Positions 24,670 through 38,848 of a stretch of DNA of 64,000 bases are shown here, in pieces. The stretch spans positions 45,198,001 to 45,262,000 of the forward strand of contig CM060734.1 of the NCBI GenBank assembly GCA_030704615.1, given 5' to 3'. A program made the translations under genes and the position numbers. The notes beneath the pieces were generated by a model. It searched no databases and was not told the origin of the DNA. It saw only the letters and a list, made by a program, of their open reading frames with translations. Origin of the DNA: Takakia lepidozioides. Lineage: Eukaryota > Plantae > Bryophyta. Position 1 is the first letter of the stretch. Every line of letters starts with the position of its first letter.

Positions 24670-25405
24670 GGTAATTCTGTATAGGGTAAGGCACGAGGGG
24701 GGGGGTGTTCTTGGAATGAGCGTCCGGCACGAGGCGGTAGCCGAGTGCCACGCGCAAATTCCAGGAACGCCCGCTCCGAGTGCCTTACCCGACGTAAAGA
24801 AACAACAAGAATTTCTTTAAGTCTGGACGGCTTAGACTTAATCTAATGGACGCTTCAGATTGGTGAATATTTGAGGAGAAACCTTACGCACTGTAAGGGT
24901 GCCTCCGGAGGAGGAACCTTACGACGTAAGGTGCCATCCGTAAAATTCCGTCGCCTAAGGTGCCCTCCGAATACACTAAGAAATTTTTGCCGGGTCTTTA
25001 CGTTTTGAAGGAAGGGCAGGGCCCAAAATAGATTGAACAAAGGAAAAAATACGAAGTGTTGTGCTGGTTAATTAGGGTAGGGGTAAGTAATTTAGCCGGC
25101 TGCACCCATTTATCCTTATCCTTTTTGTATGGATAAATATTTTGATTTATCTTTACCCTTACCCGTATGAAATGTAAATCATTTATATGTACCCTTTTCC
25201 CACTAATAGATATATATACTAATGAAAGATAAATTTGAAATAGGTAGATATAGATGAGTTTTTTTTTTCTTTTTTCTTTTTTTTGTGGTTCACTTCTTCC
25301 TCTTATTATTTCTCATATTGCATTGCACAGTCTTATTTTTGCTTTGTTTGATTGTTATCTTTGGTGTGATGAAAACATCGTGATCAACTTCCCTCATATT
25401 ACTAC

Positions 25406-26069
25406 AAAAGATAATAGGAATAATGTAAGAACTTAATGGACGCGTGTGATCTGACAATACTTTTGCCGGATTCCGGCAACCTGGGCTCCTCCGGCGGGGC
25501 CCCTGTCAAATCCTCCCCACCCCATATTACCTCAGGTTCACTATTTAATGAATCGGAGCGGGTCGTAAGTTGTGGTTGGTAGCGTGATCGTAAGGTGATA
25601 GCAATGGAGGTGGCGAGGTTCTGGGTTCAATTCTTGATGGGAGGCTGTGGCAGTGTAACCCCGGTTGATGTAACCCTCGACTTGGTGTAACCCTATGTAA
25701 CCCGATTACTCATGTAACTCTGGTTGGTCCATTTTATACTTAGCCACATTTGGACTTAGTCAAATTTCGAGACCAAGTGTGGGTTACACCGACTGGAGTT
25801 ACACTCCATTCTGTGTAACCCCGAAGTGGAGTTACACACCTCGTCGTGTAACCCGATGTAACCCCACGTGGAGTTACACACCTCGTTGTGTAACCCAATG
25901 TAACCCGAAGTGGAGTTACACACCTCGTCGTGTAACCAGACCGGAGTTGACACTCCTTCAGTTCCATGTCACTCTCATGAGAGGGTGGGGAAGATTTGAC
26001 ATGCCGGAAACCGGCGTACCATCCTGTCAGAGGTTGCATTAAGTTCTTACATTATTCCTATTATCTTCC
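25406..26069. mobile_element. Non-autonomous Mutator-like element (MULE-MITE), 664 bp
   Basis: TIR core AAGATAATAGGAATAATGTAAGAACTTAATG is perfectly inverted at the right end; perfect 9-bp TSD TATTACTAC (25397-25405, 26070-26078); internal ~41-bp GTAAC/GTTAC palindromic tandem repeats. Confidence 0.9.
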
Positions 26070-28893
26070 TATTACTACTCATAACATTATATGATCAGCA
26101 AAATGACAACCTTATTTTTTTAAAATAGAGGTGAGCATAAAAAACACAAAAATCCATATACCATCAATTCAGTATATCGGCCTAGACTAAATTGGGTATA
26201 TAAAGGCTCAGTCATTTATCTTTACCCCTTATTTATCCTTATCCTTAGAATATATCAGTGTTGTACCCGTATATAGGGTATATAGGGCTGCGCTTGGTGT
26301 ATGCACTAGTATGAAAAACCAAACCAGCCTGATATCCATTGGTTTTAAACAGGTTGCTCCCAATAACGCTAAGAACCCGACATCTACTAGACCAGTCGGG
26401 TCTTTTAGTGATTTTGTTGTTGTTGGAGACCAGTACTCCCCCAACTTTGTAGGAAACTCCCCTAGTATTCTTTCCAGTTACACCTTCTTTTGTGCATACT
26501 TTGAGTACTTCCAGTTTCATTGAGGGTGTTTGATGGAAAGGATTGAAGATTGCTATGTCAATTGGTCATTTTGGACTTTATAATACTTTGTCCCACGTTT
26601 TGCCATTTGCTTCTTGCTGATTCGTGCATGTCGAAACAACGATTTTTTTCAGTGGCGAATTTTTGCCAGATTTCGACCTCCAAAAAAACAATCGAATATC
26701 CTGTTGCAATTTCCCTGTTTTTTCATGGATGAATTCGCCAAATATGGATGACATAAATGGATTAAAAGTACAGCGGTGGATGAATCTCAGTATTTTTTGC
26801 AAAATTCTGCAGCCACTCGTACTGTTTTCCAAATTTCTTAAACCACTCATGCTGTTTTCCAAATTCCTTAAAAAAAAACACTGTGTCGGAATACCAGACC
26901 CGGATATATATAGAACTGGTATCACCTAATCAATTGCTTGTATATACATACAAGACATACTTGACACTATATTCACTCTTTTCTAATTCGTCTATTAATT
27001 AATTTGTTGATGGTCTGCATGGACAGAAAAACGCACATCAAACGCATGAAATATTAGTCACGAAATGTGGACATCAGGGTTTACTGGACAACTGTGTATC
27101 GGCAAATACTGAGCCTGTGATCTAACTGCATCTGCAAAGTCATGTCCAGCCATGTTATTGACATCTACAACTTTATAATTCTCTCTATCAACACATGTAC
27201 TGATACATATATCTGTTTTGTTCTCGCTCAAAAAAAATTCGTAAGACGTTGTTGAAACTGGTGGCAACGTTGTGCGCCATAAAGCCTCGCACTTCTATAT
27301 CGGCAATGGCTTTTGCAAGAATACAGCAGAAACATTTCCCTGTTTGCAACATGGACAATAAACAGCCAACGAATATTCCATAATTGTTTGCTAGGCTTAT
27401 GGTAAATTTGATACTAGCTCGAGTGAAGACATTTGTTGGTGTTAGGCATACCCGATTCTTGAGCTCTGCAGAACCGCACATAGCATACAATTCTTTGCCT
27501 TCTTCTAGACTCAATGAATTTTTGAAGCAGGCGCAACAGCTTCGCACCCTCCTATGCCCACTGTACATGACACCTCGAAGATTTTATCTATGGTTTGTTT
27601 GTAATTATGTTTACCTGTATGCTGATTGCGAGGAGCCTGTGAACATTTTTGAAGCTTTGTGCCCTTCTCAGAGCTGGCCTACCCTTTCACCATAGGGTGA
27701 ATAAATAATCAACTTTTCATTTACCCTTATATGTAGGATATGTAAGTGGTCCTTACCCTTTACTGGAGGATGAATTTTCTTACCCTTTTTATTTACCTTA
27801 CCCGGTAGACATGCAAAAATCTATTTACTTGCACATCACCACGACTCCAAGCAGCAATACCTTTGAATTCCCTCCCCAAGTCATGTCAAGCATGTCAAGA
27901 GCACCGCAGGCATTCCTGGAATGTATACCGTAATCCTCCTGTACGTACCCAACCAGCAGAGAAAGATGAGGCAGGATTGTACATACCCCACGCACTCTGA
28001 CAGAACACTTACGCTGCCTGATCTATGTACGTACCTGCATGCTATCCGCAATGCCGGAGGCGGGCCCCGCCTGTCTGAAGCGTGCAACCTACCTGCTTCA
28101 TAGTTACAGGTATGATTGGCAACTCCAAGCTGTCGGTTGAGCACTGCAACAACCTCGCAACATTTTCGTATTTGGCAAACATCTAACAAAAATAATCTGT
28201 AGGACAGCACGTATAGATAGCATGCAGCTCACAATAATTGCATCCATTGTGAGGGAGTGAAGTACATACCCTCACCGGACAATTCTCCGACTGCATCATG
28301 AGTCATTTATGATAAAGCTCCTGCATGTTATGCTCCCACCATGAATCCAACGAATCTGATTCCTTCCGGAAACTTGGCACCGATTGATGACAAATTACCT
28401 ACAACGACTCAAGTTGCTCGACACCGTTGCTCTCGAGCAAAGATTACACAAATAGTCCGAAAAATATTGGCGGTAAAGACTAAAAAGACAGCAAGTCCAC
28501 AAACATCAAAACAGATTTTCCTCTCGAGGAGCAGCAGCGATGCATACAACAAATTTGAAGCCCCCGCTTCACACGCTGGGAAGCAACCAAGTCACGTGCT
28601 GCCATCCTTTAGGGTTTCCCCAATGAGGAAGTCCTTGATTTAGCTACCTATTAGGGCTGGGAAAGTGAGAATCGAGGGAGGGGGGTTTGAAACGGAGACC
28701 TTGTGAAGTGGAATCGATATGAAGGCTATGGAGGTAGAGAAGGCCGAAGCTTCCACTCGGGCTGCCTTTGACTGCTTGCTTGCTGACTCTTCTCTTCTCT
28801 ATCTCTTTCAGAGCTTCTCTCTCCTCGTTGATCTGATTTCTGAGGGACTCTAGAGTGTCTGTGGAGATCTCTCTCTCTCTTCATTCACTCGCC

Positions 28894-31800
28894 ATGGCTT
28901 TCGACAAGATCAAGGTGAAGAATCCCGTTGTCGAGATGGACGGTAGGCCTATGTTTTTCTTCTAGTTCTCTTGTGGGTTTTTCTGTTTTCTTGAAATGGT
29001 TGATTTGTTTTGGGCTCCGTGCTGAGGTGCAGCTGTTGATTAGTAAGTTCATTCAATGGGCACATCTGTAACTGTGTCTTCACGGAAACCGTCCCTTGAC
29101 GATCTCTTCATCGGGATGTGTTACCGAATGCATCCCCGATGAATCATTGTTGATTTTCGGCTGCACTGGTTGTAGATTTGGAGCTAGTGGGTTTTCAAAT
29201 TTCTTGCTATTACTTGCAACTTTCAGTATTTTTCGTGTTGGATGCTCTTGGATCGATGAAGGAAACTTCTTTACTCCGTTATCTGTACGCGCGTGGTAGA
29301 TTGTATCTGTTGAAGTCCTCAATTTCCTTGTTATTTAGTGAGAAGTTCATTAGATCCTGGTTTGATCGTGGATCGCCTCGTTAGTTGTTATCCTGAAGCA
29401 CACGACTAGCGCATACAGTGTGTGATATTTGTATGTATATATGCCCAGTCGCCTCTGTAGGCTTGTCCTTCTCTCCTTTTCTAGCTGTACTTCTGTGCAC
29501 AACTTCGTCTCTGTGTTTAACTCGGTTACACGATGGATGGAAGTGCAGGGGATGAGATGACGAGGATCATATGGCAATTGATCAAGGACAAGGTATCCGG
29601 ATACGTCCCTTTGCCAGTTCGCCCCAGATTAGTTGATCATTCAATCATGGCTGTGGCTTTGAAGTAGACTGGTGAGACTGGCCTTCTGAGCTTTGGGTCC
29701 AGTCCTTGAAATGAGTAATTGGTACTCTGACTCTACACTAGGGACATTGTTGAGGTGATAGCTCAACATCGTCATCTTATGAGTGCCACTTTATTTGGTC
29801 CTATTGGCATGTCATTTATAAGGCCATGTTAATGGGCAGGTGATGCTTGGTGCATGCTACTGTCAATAGAGGAATATGAAACAGTAAGAAGGAAAGAAAT
29901 TAAGAGAGTGGGCTGCCCGAGATCATGGCATGAAGGTGAACCTACATCTAATGCATTCTGCCTTTGGCCAAATTTGCTGCCCTTTAGGTGTGGTTTCTCA
30001 TTGACAATCCCTGTCTAGGAGGTGGATTTGGCATGGATTCAGACCCACAGTTTCAGGAGTTCCTGGACTCTCCAAAATGTGGGTTTTGAATTAGAAAGCC
30101 TGTAGCCAATTAGGACTTTGGGCTTTCCTTGGGTTCCTTTGAGCCCAATTCATTCCCAATTTGAGAGCCAAGAACCATGTACCAAAAGACTCTTTTATGG
30201 GTCTCAATTGGGTATCCATGTCTAAGTGCAGAAAAGAATTATACCCTGTAGCCACAGCATCACTACATTGAGGCGACACAATGTGAACCGTTGATGATGA
30301 TCACATGAACCAATCAGCCTGTGACAAAAGCACATGGGAGTGTGTAACATAAGTGTCAGCTCATTTTGATTCACTTCGGCCTCATGTCTTGACTCCCAAA
30401 ATCTCCTGCTGTGAAGGGCCCCTCATTAGTTGAGAGTGTGCAGGGTGTGATCAAAGACAGGGTGCCATACTCGTCAATTCACTGCACATGAGGGCTTTGC
30501 ATAGTTATGGAATGGTTGTTTCGTATACATTCAGTGATAGATATATAGGACAGATGCAAGAGTTGCTAATAACTTTGAGTTGTTGAAGTTGGTACTCAGT
30601 CACATTTTCCTATTTTCCCATGATAGAGCAGGGACAACTGTTTTGATAGAATGTATGTTCAACTGATAGGGATGTGGATTCTGACAGAAAAATCCTTTTG
30701 TCGTAAATGAACTCGCAGCTCATTTTTCCATTCGTGGATGTGGATCTCAAATACTATGATCTGGGAATCCTTCACCGCGATGCCACTGACGACAAAGTCA
30801 CTGCCGAAAGTGCCGAAGCTACTCTCAAGTATGTGGGAACTTGTCTTACCACCTTACCTATGTCTTTTTGGGGTTCTCGTTTGTCTTCCTCCTGCCTTGT
30901 TTACAAAGGGTGTTTATGTTCTTATGCAATTTCCTGAATCATGGACTTCTTCCAACTGTTCCTTACCTCCTTTTCTCGCTGCACCAAGTTTAGCTGCATG
31001 TTGAGGTTGGCCACAAGTGTTATTACAAATGCATAGAGGTTGAGCCTACAATTTGGAGGGCCTTGATGCATGTTCTTTGTGAAAGGCGGAGATGTGTACA
31101 GGTACAGAGTCAGATTACATTGGTTAACTCATTTGTAACTGATGGATTTGTAGTACCGTCAACACATCTTCTGATTATAGGAACAAAAATTTTAAATTGT
31201 GTTTGCCCAGAATTCATTCAGAAAAGCTTTGATGGGGACTTTGTGCAGGTACAACGTAGCTGTGAAGTGTGCAACCGTCACTCCTGGTTTGTGGCATTTC
31301 GTGGGCTTTTTTTGTGTAACCCCTATGTACTGTGCGGTGAACTATTCATGCTTCCATGTAAATAGAAACATATTGATTGACCTGTACCAAATTCCATAGC
31401 CAATATGGCAGGGCAGTTGTAACTATGACAGCAGCTGATGCCTGGCTGAGGTTGGCAGCTCACGTCTGCTTCACCCCCTTGGCTAGGTGATGGCATGTTG
31501 GAGTTATCAACCCAGTGGCTGAAAAGGTTTTGCTGGAACTGAAGGTGTTTCAAGTGTTCACATGCTGCTGCTCATGGGTGTGATAGTGTAAAAGGTGTAT
31601 CTGTGCTGTGGGGCGTAGGCATAATTGGGTTCTGCTTTTCCCTACATCCTTAACTTTGTGTTAAGTTCAAATATTCCCCCCACCTTTTTACCACGTCCTC
31701 TTTGCTGAACCTTCCTCTCAGTGGCAAGCCCCTCCTGCTGCTGTATTTGTTTATTTTTCACCAACCTGATGATCGTTTTTGGTCTGTGATGGTGGGGTGC

Positions 31801-34800
31801 CCAGATGAAACTCGCGTGAAGGAATTTGGGCTGAAGCACATGTGGAAGAGTCCCAATGGAACCATCAGGAACATTCTCAATGGTGGGCCACTAACATTCT
31901 CGGCAGGGAGGGAAAGAAGGAAAGAGAGAAGCCTTATGACATCCACAGGGTGTTCCAAGGGCCGATGGGACATAGAAGCGCAACTAGCAATAAAGAAAAA
32001 GAAATATTATAGTATGACCAGGGCCCGGAGGACCCATGAGGAAGGGACAGACAGGGTGTTTTCCTTTTGAATGGAGAAGAGCAGGTTTGGGGTGGGTGTG
32101 GCTGCTGGGAGCCGTCCTGATAATAACAGTGAGCTATTGTCCTGGGTTTGCTGGTAAACTGCGGTCTGCAGCCTGTTTTGAATTTCATAATCAGACTATT
32201 ATTCTTTTCAGGTACTGTTTTTCGCGAGCCCATTATGTGCAAGAATATCCCACGGCTTGTCCCAGGTATGTTTTCTTTCTTTTATTTTCCCATTCTCAGC
32301 TATAAACTCTACAAGCCTCTGGAACTTATATTCTTTGGTGTCAATTCTATGGACATACACATATAGCTTTTGCATCTACAGCACATATTCGTCTTAGAAG
32401 GGACTGCCTTTACATTTAGTGTCTATCAGGGAGTATATTTTGGCTGTATGGAAGTTCATGTTTGCCACATATGAAACCGCTTAGAGACCCAAAAGAGTCC
32501 CCATAAGACTGGTATACCACAGAGTTGAGCCTAATCAGCGTTTGCCCGTGCACATAAAGAGCATAAGGAGACTACACAATTGGTTAGAAAACTGTATGAA
32601 GTTTGAGAGTCTTGAAAAAGGTGATCCACGGACAGGAATGTTTGCTGCTAAAAGTCTATCAGGCTGACTGTGAAGGGGTGTGGATTGTGAGGCAGGCTGG
32701 ACAAAGCCAATCTGCATTGGCAGGCATGCATTTGGGGACCAATACAAGGCAACAGATGCAGTTTTCAAAGGGCCTGGCAAGCTAAAAATGGTGTTTGGTA
32801 TGTTTTCCCTCACTACTACTAATGAGCCTATAAAAGCAGTTTACATTGAAGAATAGTAAGTGTGACAAAAAGTTCTGAAAAGTTGATCTCTCGGGGCCCT
32901 TGTTGGAATTGGGAAAGAAGATGCTGCACCATGTGATTTTTTAGGCCTTCTTCTTCTACAAAAAACACAAGAGGCATAGTCTGCAGAAGTGAGGAATGAC
33001 ATTTTAGGTGTCGGCAGATTGAGATGGTCTGTGTCTTGGATGCAGTTCCAGAGAAAGGCGGGGAGACACAAGACTTGGAGGTTTATGACTTTGAGGGAGC
33101 TGGGGGAGTTGCTCTCACCATGTACAACACCGATGAGGTTTGTTATTCTATTCGAGTGTAAGCTGAATGTATCACAAGCTAACTCCTCTGCCAGACTGGT
33201 CTGACTTTCAACAGTAATTTTTCCATACATGACAATGTGCACTCTGGGTGCCTTTACAGGACATCCTTTGCGGATTGCATGCCCATTATGTAGAATCAGA
33301 CTCCTTACTGAGAAATGGGGATATGTGGTCTTGTAATAATTCTGTGCAGTCTATCCATTCATTTGCAAAAGCATCGATGACCATGGCGTATGAGAAGAAA
33401 TGGCCATTGTACTTGAGCACGAAGAACACCATTTTGAAGAAATATGATGGAAGGTACCTTTAAACATTAGTCGACGTATACAGACAAGCATTTGGTTATG
33501 TGACGCCTGTTGTAAAGGCTTGAAAGTGGCTTGACGGGCATGGTTTCTTTTGAGCACAAGATTGAATGGTCAATTTTCATGATGGCCCTGATGGACAGCA
33601 GTTTGCATGTACATCTTTAACCTGCTCCTTGCTGTCCAAAGGTTGCAGAGTCTTCCACAACTGATTTTGAATGTCTCCTGTTGGAATCTGGAGTATTACT
33701 AAGCACTTATTACTGTGACAGATTCAAGGACATCTTCCAGGCAGTTTATGAGCAGGAAGGATGGCAGGCTAAATTTGAGGAAGCTGGAATCTGGCAAGTT
33801 GTTGAACCTAGCCATCGTGTTGTGTGTGTTACGCATAGTAATTTCACAGAGGCCTCATGAATGTTTCTCTTTTCATCTCTTGCCACCCTTCCCTGACCCT
33901 GTCTATGGTAGGTGTATCTGCGTGGATTTTGGGATGTAGCACTTAAGGGTGTGGGGAGTACGGGATACTATTGGTCACAGTTAAAAAAGCAGGAGCTCCT
34001 ATGGGCTGTCACTTGCAACTGTGAAGAGATTCCTTTTTAGAACATGCCACAAGCACATGGTTTAAGGTTGAGTTTGGTGATAAGCATGTTGATGGCTGTT
34101 GAAGGTAGGTAGTAGACCCTCAGCAGCTGACCTCTGGCACAACGTGCAGGTTATGTCATGATATAGGAGGGGAACATCCGATTAACTAAGTTAACTACAT
34201 TGCTGTCTACTCCAGGTTTGAGTACAGTCCACAATCGATTTTCATCTTCTTATCTCGTAGTCTTGACATGTTACCTGGGGAATGGGCATATGTATGCCAC
34301 AGGTATGAACACCGACTGATTGATGACATGGTAGCTTATGCACTCAAGAGCGAGGGAGCCTATGTGTGGGCCTGTAAGAATTATGATGGTGATGTGCAAA
34401 GTGACATGCTTGCTCAAGGTTAGTGGCTTTTTAAAGCTTTCAATTACTCAAATTTTGTCATGCACTGTCTTGGACTTTATTAGTAAGCCTGTTAATTCGA
34501 CAATCATTAACATGTCTTTGAACTTGCTGTGCAGGATTTGGATCGCTGGGGTTGATGACATCTGTGTTGGTGAGACTTTCTTGGAACCACTAGCATCCTT
34601 ATGTGCTTGCTGATGCAAAAGACCATATTTGACTGGAGTTTTCAGACTTTTTCGCCCACTTCAGATAGTTCAAAGGCTTCGTATGTGAATCTAATAGATA
34701 ATGCACTGAAATATATGCTGACTTTCTCTGCAGGTCTGCCCGGACGGTAAGACAATTGAAGCAGAAGCTGCCCATGGGACAGTGACCCGTCACTTCCGGG

Positions 34801-35511
34801 TGCACCAGAAGGGTGGTGAGACAAGCACAAACAGTATTGCCTCCATCTTTGCTTGGACTCGTGGCCTTGCCCATAGGTACCTCACCTATATGCCATTACA
34901 GCCAGAGACGGGGTGGCTTGAAGGTCCCTTGATTCTGTGTCTCGTAAATCACGAAGGCTCAGAAACTCTGACTGACTAGTGTGATGTGGTGGCAGAGGAA
35001 AGCTTGATGGCAATGCACGACTTGAGGATTTTGCAGAAAAGTTGGAATTGGCTTGTGTGGGCGTTGTGGAAGCTGGCAAGATGACTAAGGATCTGGCTCT
35101 GCTGATTCATGGTCCCAAGTAAAGCAGACAACACCTTCTAGATTGTGTTCTGCTCACTGATTGGTCTTTGTTAGAAGGATATCAGGGTCAACCTGTATAT
35201 GGGACCTTTCCCTTTCTGTCCATGTGTATTGTCTGTCCTCTAGCCTTATAAGGGTACAGTATGCTAATGTCTGCATTGAGAAGCCCACTTTTTGTGTCAT
35301 TCGTTTTCACTCCAAATCTTCTGTGACTGATCCTTCCGTGCCGCTGCTATATCCTTCATCCTCCTCCATGTAAAAAGTACGTCTCCCTCTGGCTCCCAAT
35401 CTCTTTCTCATGTTTTCCGTGCTGGGATGCAGGCTCACAAGGAAGCACTACTTGAACACTGAAGAATTTATAGATGCTGTAGCTGAGGAGCTGAAGTCAA
35501 AACTGTCCTAA
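28894..35511 (+). CDS. ICDH: NADP-dependent isocitrate dehydrogenase, cytosolic-type, 15 exons
   Basis: Exons start at about 28894, 29549, 30719, 31249, 31805, 32212, 32696, 33046, 33350, 33722, 34303, 34535, 34734, 34996, 35433. Motifs: [85 protein letters not shown]. Ends KSKLS*. Confidence 0.97.
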
Positions 35512-36869
35512 GCATAAAACTGTAACCACTCTCCTCCTGACTTTGTTGCTTCCAGGATCATTCAATAGGGAGTGTCCTGACTTTTAGTGACTATCTTGCC
35601 TATGCCATTAAACATTTCCGGTCAATAGTGATAGGATGTCGGTTAGCTATATCAGACAAGTCGTAAAACTCAACAATAAGTACGGAGCTTTTCTATTGTG
35701 AGGGAGTTATCATATACTTGCTTTCACCCTTAAGAACCTGTCAAGCAATGGCAAATAGGACTACACCAGGTGTTCAGATGACAGTGAAATGTTTGACAGC
35801 TATGATATGGTGATCCTTCTAGGTTGGATCTGGCGTTCAGTTCTGGTGGAACAAGCAGAGACCAGTGCAGCAAGATCTTATACATGGTGATTGTCTGGAA
35901 AAGTTCATACTAATATTGTTTGTATGAAATCCTGCAGGGATGTATCAACTTGCCTGGTCAAGAGTAGCTGGTTTTCCTCACTGGCTCCCATGAAGGGGAA
36001 ATATCCATATCATCCTCGGAAGCATTCAATCATTGGAGAAAGGTTACAATACGTATACCGACTCATTGGTGGGCATTGAAATCTAGGCATTCCAGAACAT
36101 GTGCCATCCCCATTGGATTGAACATTTTAAGGAGGTCCTCATTGTGTGGCATCCTCATTATTGTGCTCTAAATGATGTCATGAGTTGGTCTTTGGTTGTC
36201 TTTTCATTTGTGCTAACTCTGATTTTTGGCGGTCTTGTGACAATAGTAGAGTGCTTCACACGTAGATAGCACTTAGGATAAAAGTAGCTGTTATCATAAA
36301 CCAAAGGCTAATCCTAATCGTAAGTTCATCCAGAGTGTCATCATCCTATTTCTACCTACCCTCTGTCGATGCTTTTATGGGGAATAAAGTGAGAAAAGGA
36401 ATTTTGCCCCACATATGTGAAGCCGGTCCCGCCATAGAAGCTTGCTCCCGCGAGCTTGGAATCCGAAAGTTCAAAAGGCCAACGATAACGGAAAAAAATT
36501 ATTCAAAAATTAGCGGCATTTGATGCAAGGGATGAAAAAATCACACAAGGAAAACCTTGCTCTGCAAATTGAGTGAAGGACAAAACCTTGTGGTGGAAAA
36601 ACCCCATGTGCGTACATGATGAAGCTAGCACCTAGCGCAAAAGGAAAAAAAAAATTGAAATCTAGCCTAAGGCTTAGGTAAGGATTTTTGCAAGTGTGTG
36701 AGATCATCAGCATGCTTAGGAGTAAGAATTGCCGGTCTATTCTCAACATTTAAGCACTTTACATCGAAAGTTAGTTTCCCTTCTTGCAAGGAACAAGAAG
36801 GGAAACATGAACAGTACCTAGAATGTCAGCAGTAGAAGCATGTTGAGCTAACAATTGATACTGGTCACT

Positions 36870-37260
36870 TGCTTATCAGGTTGAAGACGAACACAAACAG
36901 ACTAACCTATTTTGAAAGCATCAGAGTATACAACTCGTCTATTGTAGTTGCAGGCCTGAGCAACTTGAGCCAAAACAATGTTGTTCTTGGCTCTCTCTCT
37001 AAGCCTTCGACGTTTAGTATCAAGGTCACGAAGAAATAAATCCCTCCAAAGGTTGAGCAACAGATACCTGTAAGGCAGCAAGGTGCAGAGGACATTGGGC
37101 CTTGTGACCACACAAAAGTTTAAGGGGGAAAGTCTAATACTCACATGCAGAGAGGTTCTATAGGCAAACATGAGGATCGGCAAAGCAAATGTCCCATTCA
37201 TCAATCAACGTTCCATTCTTTTCTAACATCTGGCACATGGTCTTATGCACTTGCAGAATT
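36870..37260 (-). mobile_element. Ty3/gypsy integrase relic
   Basis: HKTMCQML...LPILMFAYRTSLHVSIRLSP...RERAKNNIVLAQVAQACNYNRR...FKIG, typical integrase C-terminal motifs, with frameshifts. Confidence 0.65.
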
Positions 37261-37454
37261 TTGTACCAATTCTTGTTTAAGAAAAATTACATTCTATATA
37301 TTAACAACTATATAGTTGTACAATTTTATAGATTATATTCAATTTTCAGTATACATCAACTAAAATACATATGTCTTTAACACCTCTAGATCAGTTTCTT
37401 AGTGAATATTTCAGTATTATTATTAATATTTCAGTTTAATTGTTCAAAACCAAA

Positions 37455-37815
37455 TGTGAGTGGTTAAGACCCTTTTGTAACTGGAACCACTCTTCAAGTG
37501 GGCACTTGTGAGTGGTTACATACACGTGAGTGATTGATACTACTTCTGTGGTGGGTTGTGAGTGGTTGAAGACACTTGAGTGATGGGAGGTGATTGAAAC
37601 CACTTGCTACTCCACGTGTAATAATTCAATTTTTATTTAAGATTTATCATTTCAAAATATATTTAATTATGAACTATATTATTCCACGTGGACGGGGACA
37701 GTATACGTAAATTTGGAGTGGTTAAAGACCCCTATTGATTGGTACCACTTTGAGAGTGGAGTGAGTGGTTACAGACCATTTAATAACTGGAACCACTCGG
37801 CGAGTAATTGGAACA
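37455..37815. repeat. Cluster of GTGAGTGGTT / AACCACTC motifs (probable transposon subterminal repeats)
   Basis: Many GAGTGGTT-like copies in both orientations. Confidence 0.5.
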
Positions 37816-38848
37816 AGGCCCACCCGACTCTTACTCCCGCTAGAACTTGGTGTTATGTCACCATTTGCATCAGTCAAGGACTTTGTGCCTTTGGCAGCAG
37901 TGGCTTTGGTTACACGCTCTCCTTTCCGCATGTACTTCTTCTCAGCTCCCTTCACGATGGCTGGGGCAGGGTCCTCTGCTTTAGTCCCCTTCTACATGCC
38001 AACAAAACAACAAAGTATAGTACATATACATTTAGGACAGCCATCATTGGTGGTGCCGATCTTTCATTTTTTTTTTGGAATTCCTTAAATTTCAAGACCG
38101 GTTTTAATTTAATTTAATATTCTTTTTAAATAGTTTGTGACACCAACGCTACCGTTTCCCATTTGTTTTTTGTTTTATAAGGGTTTTAAAATTAGGGACT
38201 GTTAGCACTGGCCATCCCGTTCATCTCCCCTCACAAGCCCCTGTCACAAGCAGGGGAAAGTTTAGATGTCACTTTAGACAAAAGACTCCTGATGCTACCC
38301 ATTCGGGTCCCTCCACCGCCATCTGATAATCTTGTATGTAGTTTAGGTATTGCGAGTGCATTTATTCCCAAATGCTATGCTTGCCAATGAGGTAGATTGG
38401 GCCATAGTGAGTGTGTTAGAGAGTTATGAGAAGATGGTAGTGGGAGAAAGACTATCAGCAAGAATGTTGGTGGTGAATTTTAAGGATAGAGGTCTTGTAC
38501 ATGTGCAATCTGCTCTATGTATGAATTAGTTGGAGGGGGAACCAGTGAGTGGGGCAATTCCATAGTAGATAGTGACAAGATGTAAGTTGGGGGAAGAAAC
38601 CTCTGATGACTGGAGTGAAGAGGACGACTGGGTCAAAGACGATGAAGAACGGAGTGATGTATTGCCGATCAATTTTACTGATCCATTTGTTGATGCCCGA
38701 CTGACAATCCACCGAGACTGAGTTTCGCACGGAAAGAAATGGTTTTCAGGTCCATTACCTGGCCATACTCTATTGTCTCAGAAGATGAGGACGCGGATGC
38801 ATGGGAGTCCTTCTGGGTTAGAATCTTCGATATCCAATGCAACACATG

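Noticed and set aside
27058-28210. Protein-coding gene or viral relic in the short ORFs upstream of ICDH
   Set aside because: No recognisable motif or consistent exon chain.
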